Assembly: GCA_963666425.2 (NCBI GenBank)
Contig: OY762825.2
Location: 2,240,001-2,304,000 of the forward strand
Length of the DNA stretch: 64,000 nucleotides
Source: Bacillota bacterium
Lineage (GTDB): Bacteria; Bacillota; JAAYKD01
Direction: 5' to 3'
Shown here: positions 30,063 to 39,913 of the stretch, in pieces
How the letters are laid out: each line of letters starts with the position of its first letter
Numbering within the stretch: position 1 is the stretch's first letter
Notes under the pieces: generated by a model
Databases searched by the model: none
What the model saw: only the letters and a program-made list of their open reading frames with translations
Told to the model about the DNA's origin: nothing
Position numbers and translations under genes: made by a program

Positions 30063-30749
30063 ATGATCATGGCACTCAGAAAAGAAATTTACTGGCATTC
30101 CAATCTCTGGAATCACTTTATGGCAAGCTTTAGCGATTTAGCAGGCATGCTTTTGCTCCGTGCGGCGCTGCTGCCGGCGATTTTCATCACAGCGGAATTA
30201 CTGCTGCTGCAATATTATCACTTTCTGTCCGGTTTATTGCCATTTTCGGAATTTTATCTGGCTTTGGCTGGCGTTGTTTGTTTATTGGCAGCGCTGGTCA
30301 CCGCTCGTCTGAGAATTCCGCCTGTGACCATTTTCTTGCGGAATTGCGGCGGCGGATTGATTTGCCTGGCGGTTTTGTGGCTGAGTGTTTTTCGTTATGG
30401 TCTGGCGGCATTTTGGCTTTTACCGGTTGATTTTCTTTTCGGTGATAGCAGCCTTTGGTTCAGCTCTGTTTACAATCTGCCCAATCAGGCGATTGCTCGT
30501 TGGATCATCAGCGCAAAAAGCCTGCTGACCAACGGCGGCGGAGGAACCCTGCAGGATTTTTTAAGTTTTTTTGTGCTGAAACCGATCCGGCAAGATGCGA
30601 TTTATTGGGCAATCCCTGCCGCGGTACTGGGGGTTACTCTTGTCATAGTACTCCTTTATTTTTTAATTGTGGGTTGTTTTTTTCTGCCGCTGCTGCCTGC
30701 CATTGCTGCTTATACCCTCTTAAGAAAAGGTTGGAATCTGCTCGTTTGA
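30063..30749 (+). CDS. Hypothetical integral membrane protein
   Basis: Highly hydrophobic 228 aa, AGGAG RBS, sigmaH-like promoter upstream. Confidence 0.65.
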   Translation: MIMALRKEIYWHSNLWNHFMASFSDLAGMLLLRAALLPAIFITAELLLLQYYHFLSGLLPFSEFYLALAGVVCLLAALVTARLRIPPVTIFLRNCGGGLICLAVLWLSVFRYGLAAFWLLPVDFLFGDSSLWFSSVYNLPNQAIARWIISAKSLLTNGGGGTLQDFLSFFVLKPIRQDAIYWAIPAAVLGVTLVIVLLYFLIVGCFFLPLLPAIAAYTLLRKGWNLLV

Positions 30750-30901
30750 GCAGCTGCCGATTGCCGAGCAGCATGCTATTCTCATGAACAAAAAATGAAT
30801 TCAGCTCTTTTGTTGGCAGATAGCAGATTTCCTTATTTTGACTGAGAAGGAATCGAGTCAAGAAATGATGAATAAGATAAGATTGTAAGGAGGCGTATGA
30901 T

Positions 30902-32329
30902 ATGTCAATGAAACTAACCCGTGAACAGATCAATAAGATCATCGACGAATGTCAAAAACAAATCGTCAAGAATCCGCATAATAAAGAAGCGCACCATGAT
31001 TTGGCTGTAGCCCGCATGGAAGTCGGTCAATTTGATCAGGCTTTACCAGGCTTTTTAAAGGCGATCGAACTGGATCCCCGTTTTGTCAGTGCTACTTATT
31101 TAGCAGGTGTCTGTTATGCGGAATTGAACCGGCCGGATGAAGCGGTGGAGATGTGGAAAAAAACCTTGACCTTAAATAAACGGCATGATAACGCGATGTA
31201 CTTCATCGGTAAAATTTACGGAATGAAGGGCATGTGGGATATGGCCATTCATCAATTCAATCAAGCCATCAAGGTGAATGATGAAATCCCGCAGTATTAC
31301 CAGGCTCTGGCTGAAATGTATTTAGCCAAGGGGGAATTTCAGACCGCAGTGGAGAATTGGCAGAAAATCCTCACGCTTGATGAAAAAAATCTCCAGGCGC
31401 ATGTCAATTTATGCGCCTGTTATCTGGATATGCATGACCTAGAAAAATCAGTCCTGCACGGCGGCATCGCTGTCAGCTTGGGTGTGGTCAGTCCCACGCT
31501 CTATTACGATTTGGCGATGGCTTACCTTTTTGCCGGTATGTATGAAGACAGTATTAAGTATTTCCTGTTGGCTAAAGAAGGCGATGAAAATGATATCCCA
31601 ACCCGGCTTTCTTTGGGAGAAGCGTATATCGCCAATGGTGAACGTCAGAAGGCGATTGCAGAATGGCAAGAATTACTGGCAAAAGATGCTGCCTGCGTCG
31701 AAGCCTGGTACAATTTAGGTTTGGCTGCCGCACAGGATGAAAATTCCGAACAGGCGTTCGAATATTTTGATAAAGCACTGGCGCTGGATCCGAGTTATTT
31801 GCCCGCCACATCGAATAAAGGTATTTTGTTTTACCAATTGGGAAAACTGGATGAATCTCTGGAGCAATGGCAGAAAATTGTCAGCGTCGAACCGAATCAT
31901 ATTCAGGCGCTCGGTAATATTGTGGAAATCTACATGGATAAGAAAGACTTTGTGCAAGCAAAGAAAAATCTGGACCATGCGATTGAACTGCAGCCGGAGG
32001 AAGCCCGCTTTCAATACTTGAAGGGGTGTTACGACCTGACGCGCAATGATGTCAACGAAGCGCTGCCTGCCTGGCAGAAAGCTTACGCGCTCAATCCGGA
32101 GATTTTTGTGACCTATGCGACTCAAGTGCAGCTTCTGCTGACGGATGAGAAATACGAACACTTAATTGCCGCCGCCGGGGCGGACGATCGCGCTATGCTG
32201 CAAAAATTACAGGATGTGAAAAGCGGTCAGGCGGTCAAGCAGGTTTTGGAGCAAGCCAAGCGACAGGCAACGGTGCAGCAGGAAGAAAAAAAGAGCCTGA
32301 TGCAAAAAGTAAAGAATTTATTTAAGTAG
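30902..32329 (+). CDS. Tetratricopeptide-repeat protein
   Basis: About 11 successive 34-aa TPR units (e.g. AWYNLGLAAAQ...FDKALALDP); AAGGAGG RBS. Confidence 0.92.
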   Translation: MSMKLTREQINKIIDECQKQIVKNPHNKEAHHDLAVARMEVGQFDQALPGFLKAIELDPRFVSATYLAGVCYAELNRPDEAVEMWKKTLTLNKRHDNAMYFIGKIYGMKGMWDMAIHQFNQAIKVNDEIPQYYQALAEMYLAKGEFQTAVENWQKILTLDEKNLQAHVNLCACYLDMHDLEKSVLHGGIAVSLGVVSPTLYYDLAMAYLFAGMYEDSIKYFLLAKEGDENDIPTRLSLGEAYIANGERQKAIAEWQELLAKDAACVEAWYNLGLAAAQDENSEQAFEYFDKALALDPSYLPATSNKGILFYQLGKLDESLEQWQKIVSVEPNHIQALGNIVEIYMDKKDFVQAKKNLDHAIELQPEEARFQYLKGCYDLTRNDVNEALPAWQKAYALNPEIFVTYATQVQLLLTDEKYEHLIAAAGADDRAMLQKLQDVKSGQAVKQVLEQAKRQATVQQEEKKSLMQKVKNLFK

Positions 32330-32340
32330 GCGGACAGAGC

Positions 32341-34500
32341 ATGGATTTAATCAGACAAATAGCCAGAGAAAGCAAATTGCCGGAAAAATATCTGAATGCC
32401 GCGCTGCAGTTGCTGGATGAAGGCAATACCGTTCCCTTTATTTCCCGTTACCGTAAAGAAGTAACCGGTGAAATGGACGAAAATCAGCTGCGCTTCTTAG
32501 AAGAACGCATCGCTTATCTGCGAAATTTGGAAAAGCGCAAACAAGATGTGCTGGCCAGTATTGAGGAACAGGGAAAATTAACCGCCGAGCTGAGTGACAA
32601 AATCACCCAGGCTGCCATTCTGCAGGAAGTGGAAGATCTTTATCTGCCTTACCGTCCCAAACGCCGGACTCGAGCCAGTATGGCCAAAGAAAAAGGCTTG
32701 GAACCGCTGGCAATCTTATGCCTGCAGCAGTTTTTTACAACGGAAGCATTACAAAAAACAGCGGCAGGATTTATCACCGAGGACGGTTCCGTACAGGATG
32801 TGGCTGCAGCGCTGGCAGGTGCGCAGGACATTCTGGCGGAGAAAATTGCCGAGGATGCCGAACTGCGTACCTGGGTACGGAATTACAGCTTTAATCAGGC
32901 AATTCTGAAATCGCAAGCCGTTGCTGCGGAAAAGATCAGCGACTTCAGTGATTATTATGAGTATGAAGAACCGGTTTTACGCCTGCCGCCGCATCGTGTT
33001 CTGGCCTTGAACCGCGGAGAAACAGAAGGCTTTTTAAAGCTGAAACTGCTGACGCCCAGAGAACAGATTCTCAATCGGCTGCAGCTGGCTTATCAGGCGC
33101 CAAGTGGTTCTGCTGCAGCGGAGTTGGTGGCAGCTGCCGCAGCGGATGGCTATGATCGCTTGATGACCCCTTCCATCGAACGGGATATTCGTACTGCGCT
33201 CAGCGAAAAAGCAGAAATCCATGCCATTGAGAGTTTTGCAGAAAATGTGCGCAACTTATTGCTGCAGCCGCCTGTGCGCAATCGGGTCGTCATGGGAGTG
33301 GACCCGGCGTTTCGCACGGGATGCAAATTGGCAGTTGTCGATGGCACCGGAAAATTGCTGGATTTGGCTGTGATCTATCCAACGCCGCCACACCGCGAAA
33401 CAGAGCAATCCGCTGTCAAAATGACAGCGCTGATCGAAAAACACCAAGTCGATTGCCTGGCCATTGGCAATGGCACTGCTTCCCGCGAAACTGAAACTTT
33501 CGTGGCGGAGACATTGAAAAAAATCCCGCGCTCTGTTTTTTATACCATCGTCAACGAAGCGGGGGCTTCGGTCTATTCCGCATCGAAATTGGCAGGCGAA
33601 GAGTTCCCTGCTTTGGATGTCTCGGAGCGCAGTGCAATTTCAATTGCCCGTCGTTTACAGGACCCTTTGGCGGAATTGGTGAAAATCGATCCGAAGAGCA
33701 TTGGGGTTGGTCTATATCAGCATGATGTCAATCAAAAACAATTGGGTAAAAAGCTGGATATGGTAGTGGAAAGTGTTGTCAATCATGTGGGAGTCGATTT
33801 GAATACCGCCTCACCCTCACTGCTGCAATATGTTTCCGGTTTGAAGGCGAATGTCGCTAAAAATATCGTTGCTTATCGGGAAGAAAACCAGCGCTTCAAG
33901 AAGCGAGCGGAATTGAAAAAGGTCGCGGGTTTGGGTGCACAAAGTTTTGTGCAGGCTGCCGGTTTCCTGCGGATAACGGACGGTGACGAACCGTTTGACA
34001 ATACTCCAATTCATCCGGAGAGTTATCCTGCCGTGAAAAATTTATTGGCGATGTTAAAAATCCATTGGAACAAGGCGGGAATTACGGAATTTACGGCCAT
34101 CCAGAAAACGCTGACCGATCAGGATATCGAACAATTAGCAGCGGCTTTACAGATCGGTATTCCTACTCTGCGTGATATTTTGGAAGCACTGGCTCGTCCC
34201 GGCCGGGATCCCCGAGATGATTTGCCGCCTGTCGTATTTTCCCGCGATGTGCTGAATATGGAAGATGTGAAGATTGGCATGATCCTGCAGGGTATTGTTC
34301 GTAATGTGGTTGATTTTGGCTGTTTTGTGGATATTGGAGTGCATCAGGACGGCTTAGTGCATGTATCGGAAATTTCCTATAGCAGGATCAGTCATCCATC
34401 CAATGCGGTGAAAGTAGGCGATCACGTTCAGGTAATGGTAATCTCGTTGGATAAGCAACGAAATCGGATCGGATTGAGCATGAAGCAGGCAAAAAAATAA
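32341..34500 (+). CDS. tex: Tex (YhgF) transcription accessory RNA-binding protein
   Basis: GNTVPFISRYRKEVTG, GVDPAFRTGCK, NEAGASVYSAS, C-terminal S1 domain. Confidence 0.97.
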   Translation: MDLIRQIARESKLPEKYLNAALQLLDEGNTVPFISRYRKEVTGEMDENQLRFLEERIAYLRNLEKRKQDVLASIEEQGKLTAELSDKITQAAILQEVEDLYLPYRPKRRTRASMAKEKGLEPLAILCLQQFFTTEALQKTAAGFITEDGSVQDVAAALAGAQDILAEKIAEDAELRTWVRNYSFNQAILKSQAVAAEKISDFSDYYEYEEPVLRLPPHRVLALNRGETEGFLKLKLLTPREQILNRLQLAYQAPSGSAAAELVAAAAADGYDRLMTPSIERDIRTALSEKAEIHAIESFAENVRNLLLQPPVRNRVVMGVDPAFRTGCKLAVVDGTGKLLDLAVIYPTPPHRETEQSAVKMTALIEKHQVDCLAIGNGTASRETETFVAETLKKIPRSVFYTIVNEAGASVYSASKLAGEEFPALDVSERSAISIARRLQDPLAELVKIDPKSIGVGLYQHDVNQKQLGKKLDMVVESVVNHVGVDLNTASPSLLQYVSGLKANVAKNIVAYREENQRFKKRAELKKVAGLGAQSFVQAAGFLRITDGDEPFDNTPIHPESYPAVKNLLAMLKIHWNKAGITEFTAIQKTLTDQDIEQLAAALQIGIPTLRDILEALARPGRDPRDDLPPVVFSRDVLNMEDVKIGMILQGIVRNVVDFGCFVDIGVHQDGLVHVSEISYSRISHPSNAVKVGDHVQVMVISLDKQRNRIGLSMKQAKK

Positions 34501-34515
34501 GCAGAAGGTGATAAT

Positions 34516-35187
34516 TTGGCAAAACGCAAAAAGAAAGATGCGGCTGAAAATTCAAAGCAGACAAGTGCAGCGGCCGGCAAAAAGGGACAGATCCGTGATG
34601 AAAAAGGAAAAATCGGCTGGACAGAAGTACCCGGCGAAATATTACTGGACTGGAAAGGCCGACCTTGGCGGGCTCGACCTAAAAAGTTAACCGTTCTGAC
34701 GCTTTTTTATGTTTTTCTCTTCCTGCTGGCAATTAAAGTACTCCCAGAATTCGGGATTTTTCTGGCTGTCATTCCTTTGGTTCTGCTGGGGAATTCTTCA
34801 TCCCATCTGGTGAACAGCTATTATGTGGTAACAACCGAAGGTGTCTATTGGAAAAATTTTGCGAACCAAATGTTTAAACCCTGGATCGCGATCGAAGGCT
34901 TTATTTTTGAAGATGAAATGGCAGAATTATTTTTTGAACGCGGTAATATCCGGGCACGCATTCAGCGCAGCATGCCGGTCTATTATGATCAGAACAGAGA
35001 AGAAGTGGAACGCGTGATTCGGGAATATCACGGCGCTGTTTGGAAGCAAATCCGGGAGCGCGTGGAGAGCGAGGATGCTCGGATCAGGGAAGAAGTGGTT
35101 GCGAAACTTGAGGGGAAGACAGAAGAAGAAACCGTAGAAAAAACCGTAGAAAAATCGGATGAGAAAGGAGTGGAGACGAATGAGTAA
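34516..35187 (+). CDS. Membrane protein, 2 TM + bacterial PH-like domain
   Basis: Two hydrophobic helices then Y.VT.EGV..K.....KPW (bPH-like); acidic tail. Confidence 0.65.
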   Translation: MAKRKKKDAAENSKQTSAAAGKKGQIRDEKGKIGWTEVPGEILLDWKGRPWRARPKKLTVLTLFYVFLFLLAIKVLPEFGIFLAVIPLVLLGNSSSHLVNSYYVVTTEGVYWKNFANQMFKPWIAIEGFIFEDEMAELFFERGNIRARIQRSMPVYYDQNREEVERVIREYHGAVWKQIRERVESEDARIREEVVAKLEGKTEEETVEKTVEKSDEKGVETNE

Positions 35188-35593
35188 AAATAATGACGAG
35201 AAAATTCCTGCCAGCCCCAATCCGATTTTAGAACCGGATTACTACGAACTGGATCCTACCCGCCGCGATTTTATCGTAGACTATATGGCCAAAAAAATTG
35301 ATAAATACCAAATGGCGACGCCGGCTATCATATTTTTGGAAGCCGGGCGTCCGGTAAGTTTTATCGGCGGTTCTCTTGTTTGGGGCGCAGCTCCGTTTTT
35401 GAATATCTTTGTCAATGATCAATATGTTCGCGAAATTGCGCTCTTTCTCGAAGACAGAAAGAACATCGAACTGCTGATTGAGAAAATTGAAAGCATGGAA
35501 TATGAACGTGTCGCACGCGAGAAAATTGAAAAACAGGAAGCAAAGAAACGCGCGATTGCGGAAGGCAGAAAACCCTGGTGGAAGTTCTGGTGA
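35180..35593 (+). CDS. Conserved hypothetical protein of the GlmL-like module
   Basis: MAKKIDKYQMATPAIIFLEAGRPVSFIGG...FLEDRKNIELLIEKIE; overlaps previous gene; C-terminal KPWWKFW. Confidence 0.75.
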   Translation: MSKNNDEKIPASPNPILEPDYYELDPTRRDFIVDYMAKKIDKYQMATPAIIFLEAGRPVSFIGGSLVWGAAPFLNIFVNDQYVREIALFLEDRKNIELLIEKIESMEYERVAREKIEKQEAKKRAIAEGRKPWWKFW

Positions 35594-35787
35594 TTGATGC
35601 AGTCGTAAAAGCTCGAAATTGACTAGCAAAGCGTGTGTAAATTGATACTATTAGTTTCTTTTTCAACATGGAAGGGTTTTATCTCATAAAAAGCGAAAAG
35701 AGTTTGGTATTTAACGGCAGCTTGTTTCATTTTCGTAGTCCTACGGAAAAGTCAAGTGTGCCATTAAGGTAAGAAGGAGGAACGTTC

Positions 35788-37662
35788 ATGGCTCATGAAG
35801 TGAAGCGAGAAGCAATAACTCGCGAGATCAATTCCATTATTGCCACGGACTGCGGATCGACAACAACAAAGGCAATCTTGATTGAAAAGGTTGACGGCGC
35901 GTATCGTTTGATCAATCGTGGTGAATCCCCTACAACCGTCGAGGCACCTTTCGAAGATGTTACCGCAGGTGTCCGCAATGCAGTTCATGAATTGGAAGAA
36001 CTGGTAGGCCGTATATTTTTAGGCCCTGACGGTGTTGTTACACCCAGACAAGCAGACGGCACAGGTGTTGACATTTATTTGTCTACTTCTTCCGCCGGTG
36101 GTGGTTTGCAGATGATGGTTGCCGGTGTTGTAAAATCAATGACCGCTGAATCTGCCCAACGTGCTGCTCTAGGCGCCGGTGCTATTGTTATGGATGTCAT
36201 TTCCATTGATGATGGCCGCAAAGCCTATGAGAAAATCCAACGAATTCGTCAATTGCGTCCGGATATGATTCTTTTATCCGGTGGTATTGACGGAGGCACC
36301 ATTACGCACGTTGTTGAAATCGCCGAGTTGATTTCTGCTGCAGAACCGAAACCGCGTCTTGGTATTGGCTTTAAACTTCCGATTATTTACGCCGGCAACA
36401 AAGAAGCCCGTAAGTACATTACCGACATCCTGGAAAAGAAAGTTGACTTACGTATTGTAGACAACCTTCGTCCTGTTCTGGAATCGGAAAACCTTGGACC
36501 GGCGCGTGAAGAAATTCATAACCTGTTCATGGAGCATGTTATGGCTCAGGCTCCTGGCTATAATAAATTAATGCAATGGACCGAAGTGCCGATCATGCCG
36601 ACGCCTGGTGCAGTTGGTAAAATCATTCAAACATGCGCAGCTGAGTACAATATCCATATCATTGGTGTGGATATCGGCGGTGCTACTACCGACGTTTTCT
36701 CCGTCTTCGGCGATGATCATGAGTTCTTCAATCGTACCGTTTCTGCCAACCTTGGTATGAGCTATTCCATTTGCAACGTTTTGTTGGAAGCAGGCGTAGA
36801 CAATATCATGCGTTGGGTTCCTTTCGATATCGATGAAGCCGATCTTCGCAACCGTATCCGTAATAAAATGATTCGTCCTACCACCATCCCGCAGACTTTG
36901 GATGAACTGGTAATTGAACAGGCAGTTTCCCGTGAAGCATTGCGCCTTTCCTTTATCCATCATAAATCCTTAGCCACCGGTCTGAAGGGCGTTCAAAAAG
37001 TGCGTGATATTTCCGAAGCTTTTGATACTTCCTCTTCCAGTGATACCGTTATCAATCTGATGGACCTTGGTATGATCGTCGGTTCCGGCGGCGTTTTATC
37101 GCATGCTCCCCGCCGTCAACAGACAGCTTTGATGATGCTTGACTCCTTCCAATTAGAAGGCTTCACCGAGTTAACCGTTGACTCCATCTTCATGACTCCG
37201 CAATTAGGCGTTTTATCCGAAGTGCTTCCGAAGGCTGCTGCCGAAGTATTCGATCGTGACTGCTTGATCTTCTTAGGTACCGCTATCTGCCCGGTAGGCA
37301 ATGCGCAAAAAGACGGCGAAAAATGCGTCACCGTCAAAGCGACCATGCCGAATGGCGAAGTGATCACCAAAGAAGTAGCATATGGTTCTTTGGCTACCAT
37401 CCCATTGGGAGAAACAGAATATGCCGAAGTGGAAGTAACTCCTTCCAGCAATTTCGATATGGGCAACGGTAAAGGCAGAGCCATCAATAAAAAAGTGCGC
37501 GGCGGTGTAGCCGGTGGTATCATCATTGATGCCCGCGGTCGTCGTCCTTTCAGTTTACCGACCGACAAGAGCGCTCGTATCGCGAAATTGTTTGAATGGT
37601 TCAAAGCTCTGGACATCTATTCCATGGATGTTCTGGAACGCTATATGAAGACATCGAAGTAA
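35788..37662 (+). CDS. GlmL/MutL-like (glutamate mutase L family) ASKHA-fold ATPase
   Basis: ATDCGSTTTKA (phosphate 1), SSAGGGL, MPTPGAV, GVDIGGATTDVFS (phosphate 2), RTVSANLGMSYS, GSGGVLSH; AAGGAGG RBS. Confidence 0.9.
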   Translation: MAHEVKREAITREINSIIATDCGSTTTKAILIEKVDGAYRLINRGESPTTVEAPFEDVTAGVRNAVHELEELVGRIFLGPDGVVTPRQADGTGVDIYLSTSSAGGGLQMMVAGVVKSMTAESAQRAALGAGAIVMDVISIDDGRKAYEKIQRIRQLRPDMILLSGGIDGGTITHVVEIAELISAAEPKPRLGIGFKLPIIYAGNKEARKYITDILEKKVDLRIVDNLRPVLESENLGPAREEIHNLFMEHVMAQAPGYNKLMQWTEVPIMPTPGAVGKIIQTCAAEYNIHIIGVDIGGATTDVFSVFGDDHEFFNRTVSANLGMSYSICNVLLEAGVDNIMRWVPFDIDEADLRNRIRNKMIRPTTIPQTLDELVIEQAVSREALRLSFIHHKSLATGLKGVQKVRDISEAFDTSSSSDTVINLMDLGMIVGSGGVLSHAPRRQQTALMMLDSFQLEGFTELTVDSIFMTPQLGVLSEVLPKAAAEVFDRDCLIFLGTAICPVGNAQKDGEKCVTVKATMPNGEVITKEVAYGSLATIPLGETEYAEVEVTPSSNFDMGNGKGRAINKKVRGGVAGGIIIDARGRRPFSLPTDKSARIAKLFEWFKALDIYSMDVLERYMKTSK

Positions 37663-37693
37663 TTCAAATTGTGTATGAAAGGAGCGGCAATCA

Positions 37694-38815
37694 ATGGCTA
37701 ATGCTTATACCCCAGGACTTAAGGTAACGGCTGCCTCTATAATTTCCAAGAAGCGTCGTTTGCCTATTTTAGGCGAAGTGCTGGTACAAAAAGGTTCCAA
37801 AGTGAGCCCAGAGACCCCTGTAGCCAAAGCATATATTCCCGGCAATCCCCAATCGATAAACGTTGCGAATATCCTCGGCTGCGAAGCGGAAGATATTGAA
37901 GGTTACATGAAAAAAAAGGCGGGAGACACCATCGCAAAAGATGAAGTTCTTGCCTCTTCAAAAACATTCTTTGGTCTGTTCAAGACCGAATGCAAGTCTC
38001 CTGTTGCCGGCACAGTAGAACATGTATCAGAAGTTACCGGTCAGGTTATTATTCGTGAACCGGCAATGCCGATTGTGATCAATGCCTATGTCACTGGTAC
38101 CGTTACCGAGATTATCGACCGTGAAGGCGTTACCGTAGAAACCAAAGGTGCCTTTATTCAAGGTATTTTCGGTGTTGGCGGCGAGCGTGAAGGCGTTCTG
38201 AAAATGATCAGCCAGAATCACGATGAAGTCCTTGACGGACCTGCGATTACTGCGGATTGCAAGGATAAAATTATCGTCGGTGGTTCCTTGATGACTGCGG
38301 CTGCAATCAAAAAAGCAGCTTCTGTCGGTGCCCGTGGTATTGTAGCCGGCGGTATCATCGATAAAGATTTGGTGGACTTCCTTGGCTTCGATATTGGTGT
38401 TGCCATTACCGGCCATGAAGATATTCCTCTTACCTTAATCGTCACCGAAGGCTTTGGTAAAATCCCGATGGCCAACAAGACATTTGATCTTCTAAAATCA
38501 CTGGAGGGCATGACTGCTTCCATCAATGGCGCCACGCAAATTCGTGCCGGCGTTATGCGTCCGGAAATCATTGTTCCCAACGAAACGGCTGTGGTTCGCG
38601 AATCCACCATCGACTTGGAAGGTAATTTGGATTCCGGCACGGTTGTTCGCTGTATCCGTGAACCATATTTCGGTCAATTGGCCGAAATCGTGGATTTGCC
38701 GCCGGAATTGGTTGTCATTGAAACCGGCGCCAAAGTACGTATTATGCATGTGAAATTGCGCAATGGCGAAGTCGTTGTTGTTCCGCGTGCCAACGTCGAG
38801 TTAATTGAAGAGTAA
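37694..38815 (+). CDS. Hypothetical protein with barrel-sandwich-hybrid motifs and C-terminal KOW/SH3-like domain
   Basis: MANAYTPGLKV; V.KG..V and K.GD.I..DEVLA...KSPVAGTV hybrid motifs; VRCIREPYFGQ...VPRANVELIEE. Confidence 0.75.
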   Translation: MANAYTPGLKVTAASIISKKRRLPILGEVLVQKGSKVSPETPVAKAYIPGNPQSINVANILGCEAEDIEGYMKKKAGDTIAKDEVLASSKTFFGLFKTECKSPVAGTVEHVSEVTGQVIIREPAMPIVINAYVTGTVTEIIDREGVTVETKGAFIQGIFGVGGEREGVLKMISQNHDEVLDGPAITADCKDKIIVGGSLMTAAAIKKAASVGARGIVAGGIIDKDLVDFLGFDIGVAITGHEDIPLTLIVTEGFGKIPMANKTFDLLKSLEGMTASINGATQIRAGVMRPEIIVPNETAVVRESTIDLEGNLDSGTVVRCIREPYFGQLAEIVDLPPELVVIETGAKVRIMHVKLRNGEVVVVPRANVELIEE

Positions 38816-38824
38816 TTGAACATT

Positions 38825-38858
38825 AAAAAACCTCACTATTTCGGTAGTGGGGTTTTTT
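38825..38858 (+). terminator. Bidirectional terminator closing the GlmL-like operon
   Basis: AAAAAACCTCACTA-tttcgg-TAGTGGGGTTTTTT. Confidence 0.85.
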
Positions 38859-38950
38859 GCGTGTACAGACGTGAAAATACCGGCTTTTTCAGCTGAACAA
38901 AATGATATAGCTGATCGATAGAACAAAAATAGAGGTAATGAAAAGGGGAT

Positions 38951-39787
38951 TCATTTTCCTTTTAGCTCTATCAATTTCAAATCTGTCTCAATTTGCTGAA
39001 TGCTTTTCTCCGGAGTGGAAAGATTTTCTGGCATAGTACCGCCAATATCCTTGATTGCTTTCCGAACTTTCTTACCAACTTCGAAGTGTGTTTTATTAGC
39101 AGCTGTTTTATCGGTAATTCCATCCTTGTTTAATTTTTCTTCGGTTTGTGTTGCACGGAAAAGATTCGCTGCAAGCTCGGTGCTGCCCATATGATCCAGT
39201 ATTTTTTGACTTGATTTCAACCCTTTATTTTTATGAATTTCCTTAACACCAAGACCACCGTATAAACCCTGATAACCCTTGTTTTGGAATATGGCATAAT
39301 CCTGAGGTGTTGCAACTACTGCGGTTTTTGCGATTTCAGCTAGGGCTTTGTTATGTGAGATCATTTCATTGCGGATGGCCAAGCGTTTTTGATTCTCGGA
39401 AAGTTGATCATAATTGTCAATCAGTTCTTGTTGCCTGGTTTTTACGGCAAAATAGGTTTGACCAAGTGCAATGACGTCTTTGCGTGGATTACCGTTTTGG
39501 ACAATGAGATAGCAAGCATAGCGGGAAAGCATATAATCGTTGATCGGTTTAGGAGCAACACCTGCAGCAACCATTTTGCTGACCTTAGCAAAATGGGCAG
39601 AAACGATATTTTTACTCTTCTCACAAGCGGTTTTGGCTTTTTCAATAACTAATTCGAAATTACGCCATTGTGAATATTCTAAAATTGGTTGCAGTTCTCT
39701 GGCTGACCAATATTCATTACCTCCCTCTGTATAATGCTTTATGCTCTCAAAAATCTCTTCGGAATAGTTTTGTATCGGTCCCATCAA
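38951..39787 (-). CDS. dinD: DNA damage-inducible protein D (BRO-like N-terminus)
   Basis: EYWSARELQ..LEY, LSRYACYLIVQNG.PRK, AIFQNKGYQGLYGG, ILDHMGSTELAANLFRATQTE. Confidence 0.93.
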   Translation of the reverse strand: MMGPIQNYSEEIFESIKHYTEGGNEYWSARELQPILEYSQWRNFELVIEKAKTACEKSKNIVSAHFAKVSKMVAAGVAPKPINDYMLSRYACYLIVQNGNPRKDVIALGQTYFAVKTRQQELIDNYDQLSENQKRLAIRNEMISHNKALAEIAKTAVVATPQDYAIFQNKGYQGLYGGLGVKEIHKNKGLKSSQKILDHMGSTELAANLFRATQTEEKLNKDGITDKTAANKTHFEVGKKVRKAIKDIGGTMPENLSTPEKSIQQIETDLKLIELKGK

Positions 39788-39913
39788 ATCGTTTCCTCCC
39801 TATTACTACCGGTTGATTATTTGTATCAAGTGAGTTGATCTTGTTCTACGTAGCTAAATTAATAGGAGTAAAGCAAGGATTATTCATAATTTCCTCTTCA
39901 TCTGAGTAATCTT

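Noticed and set aside
35788-37662. Calling this a glutamate mutase operon or DNA-repair mutL
   Set aside because: No mutase E/S subunits or B12-binding motif nearby; the fold is ASKHA, not the GHKL fold of mismatch-repair MutL.
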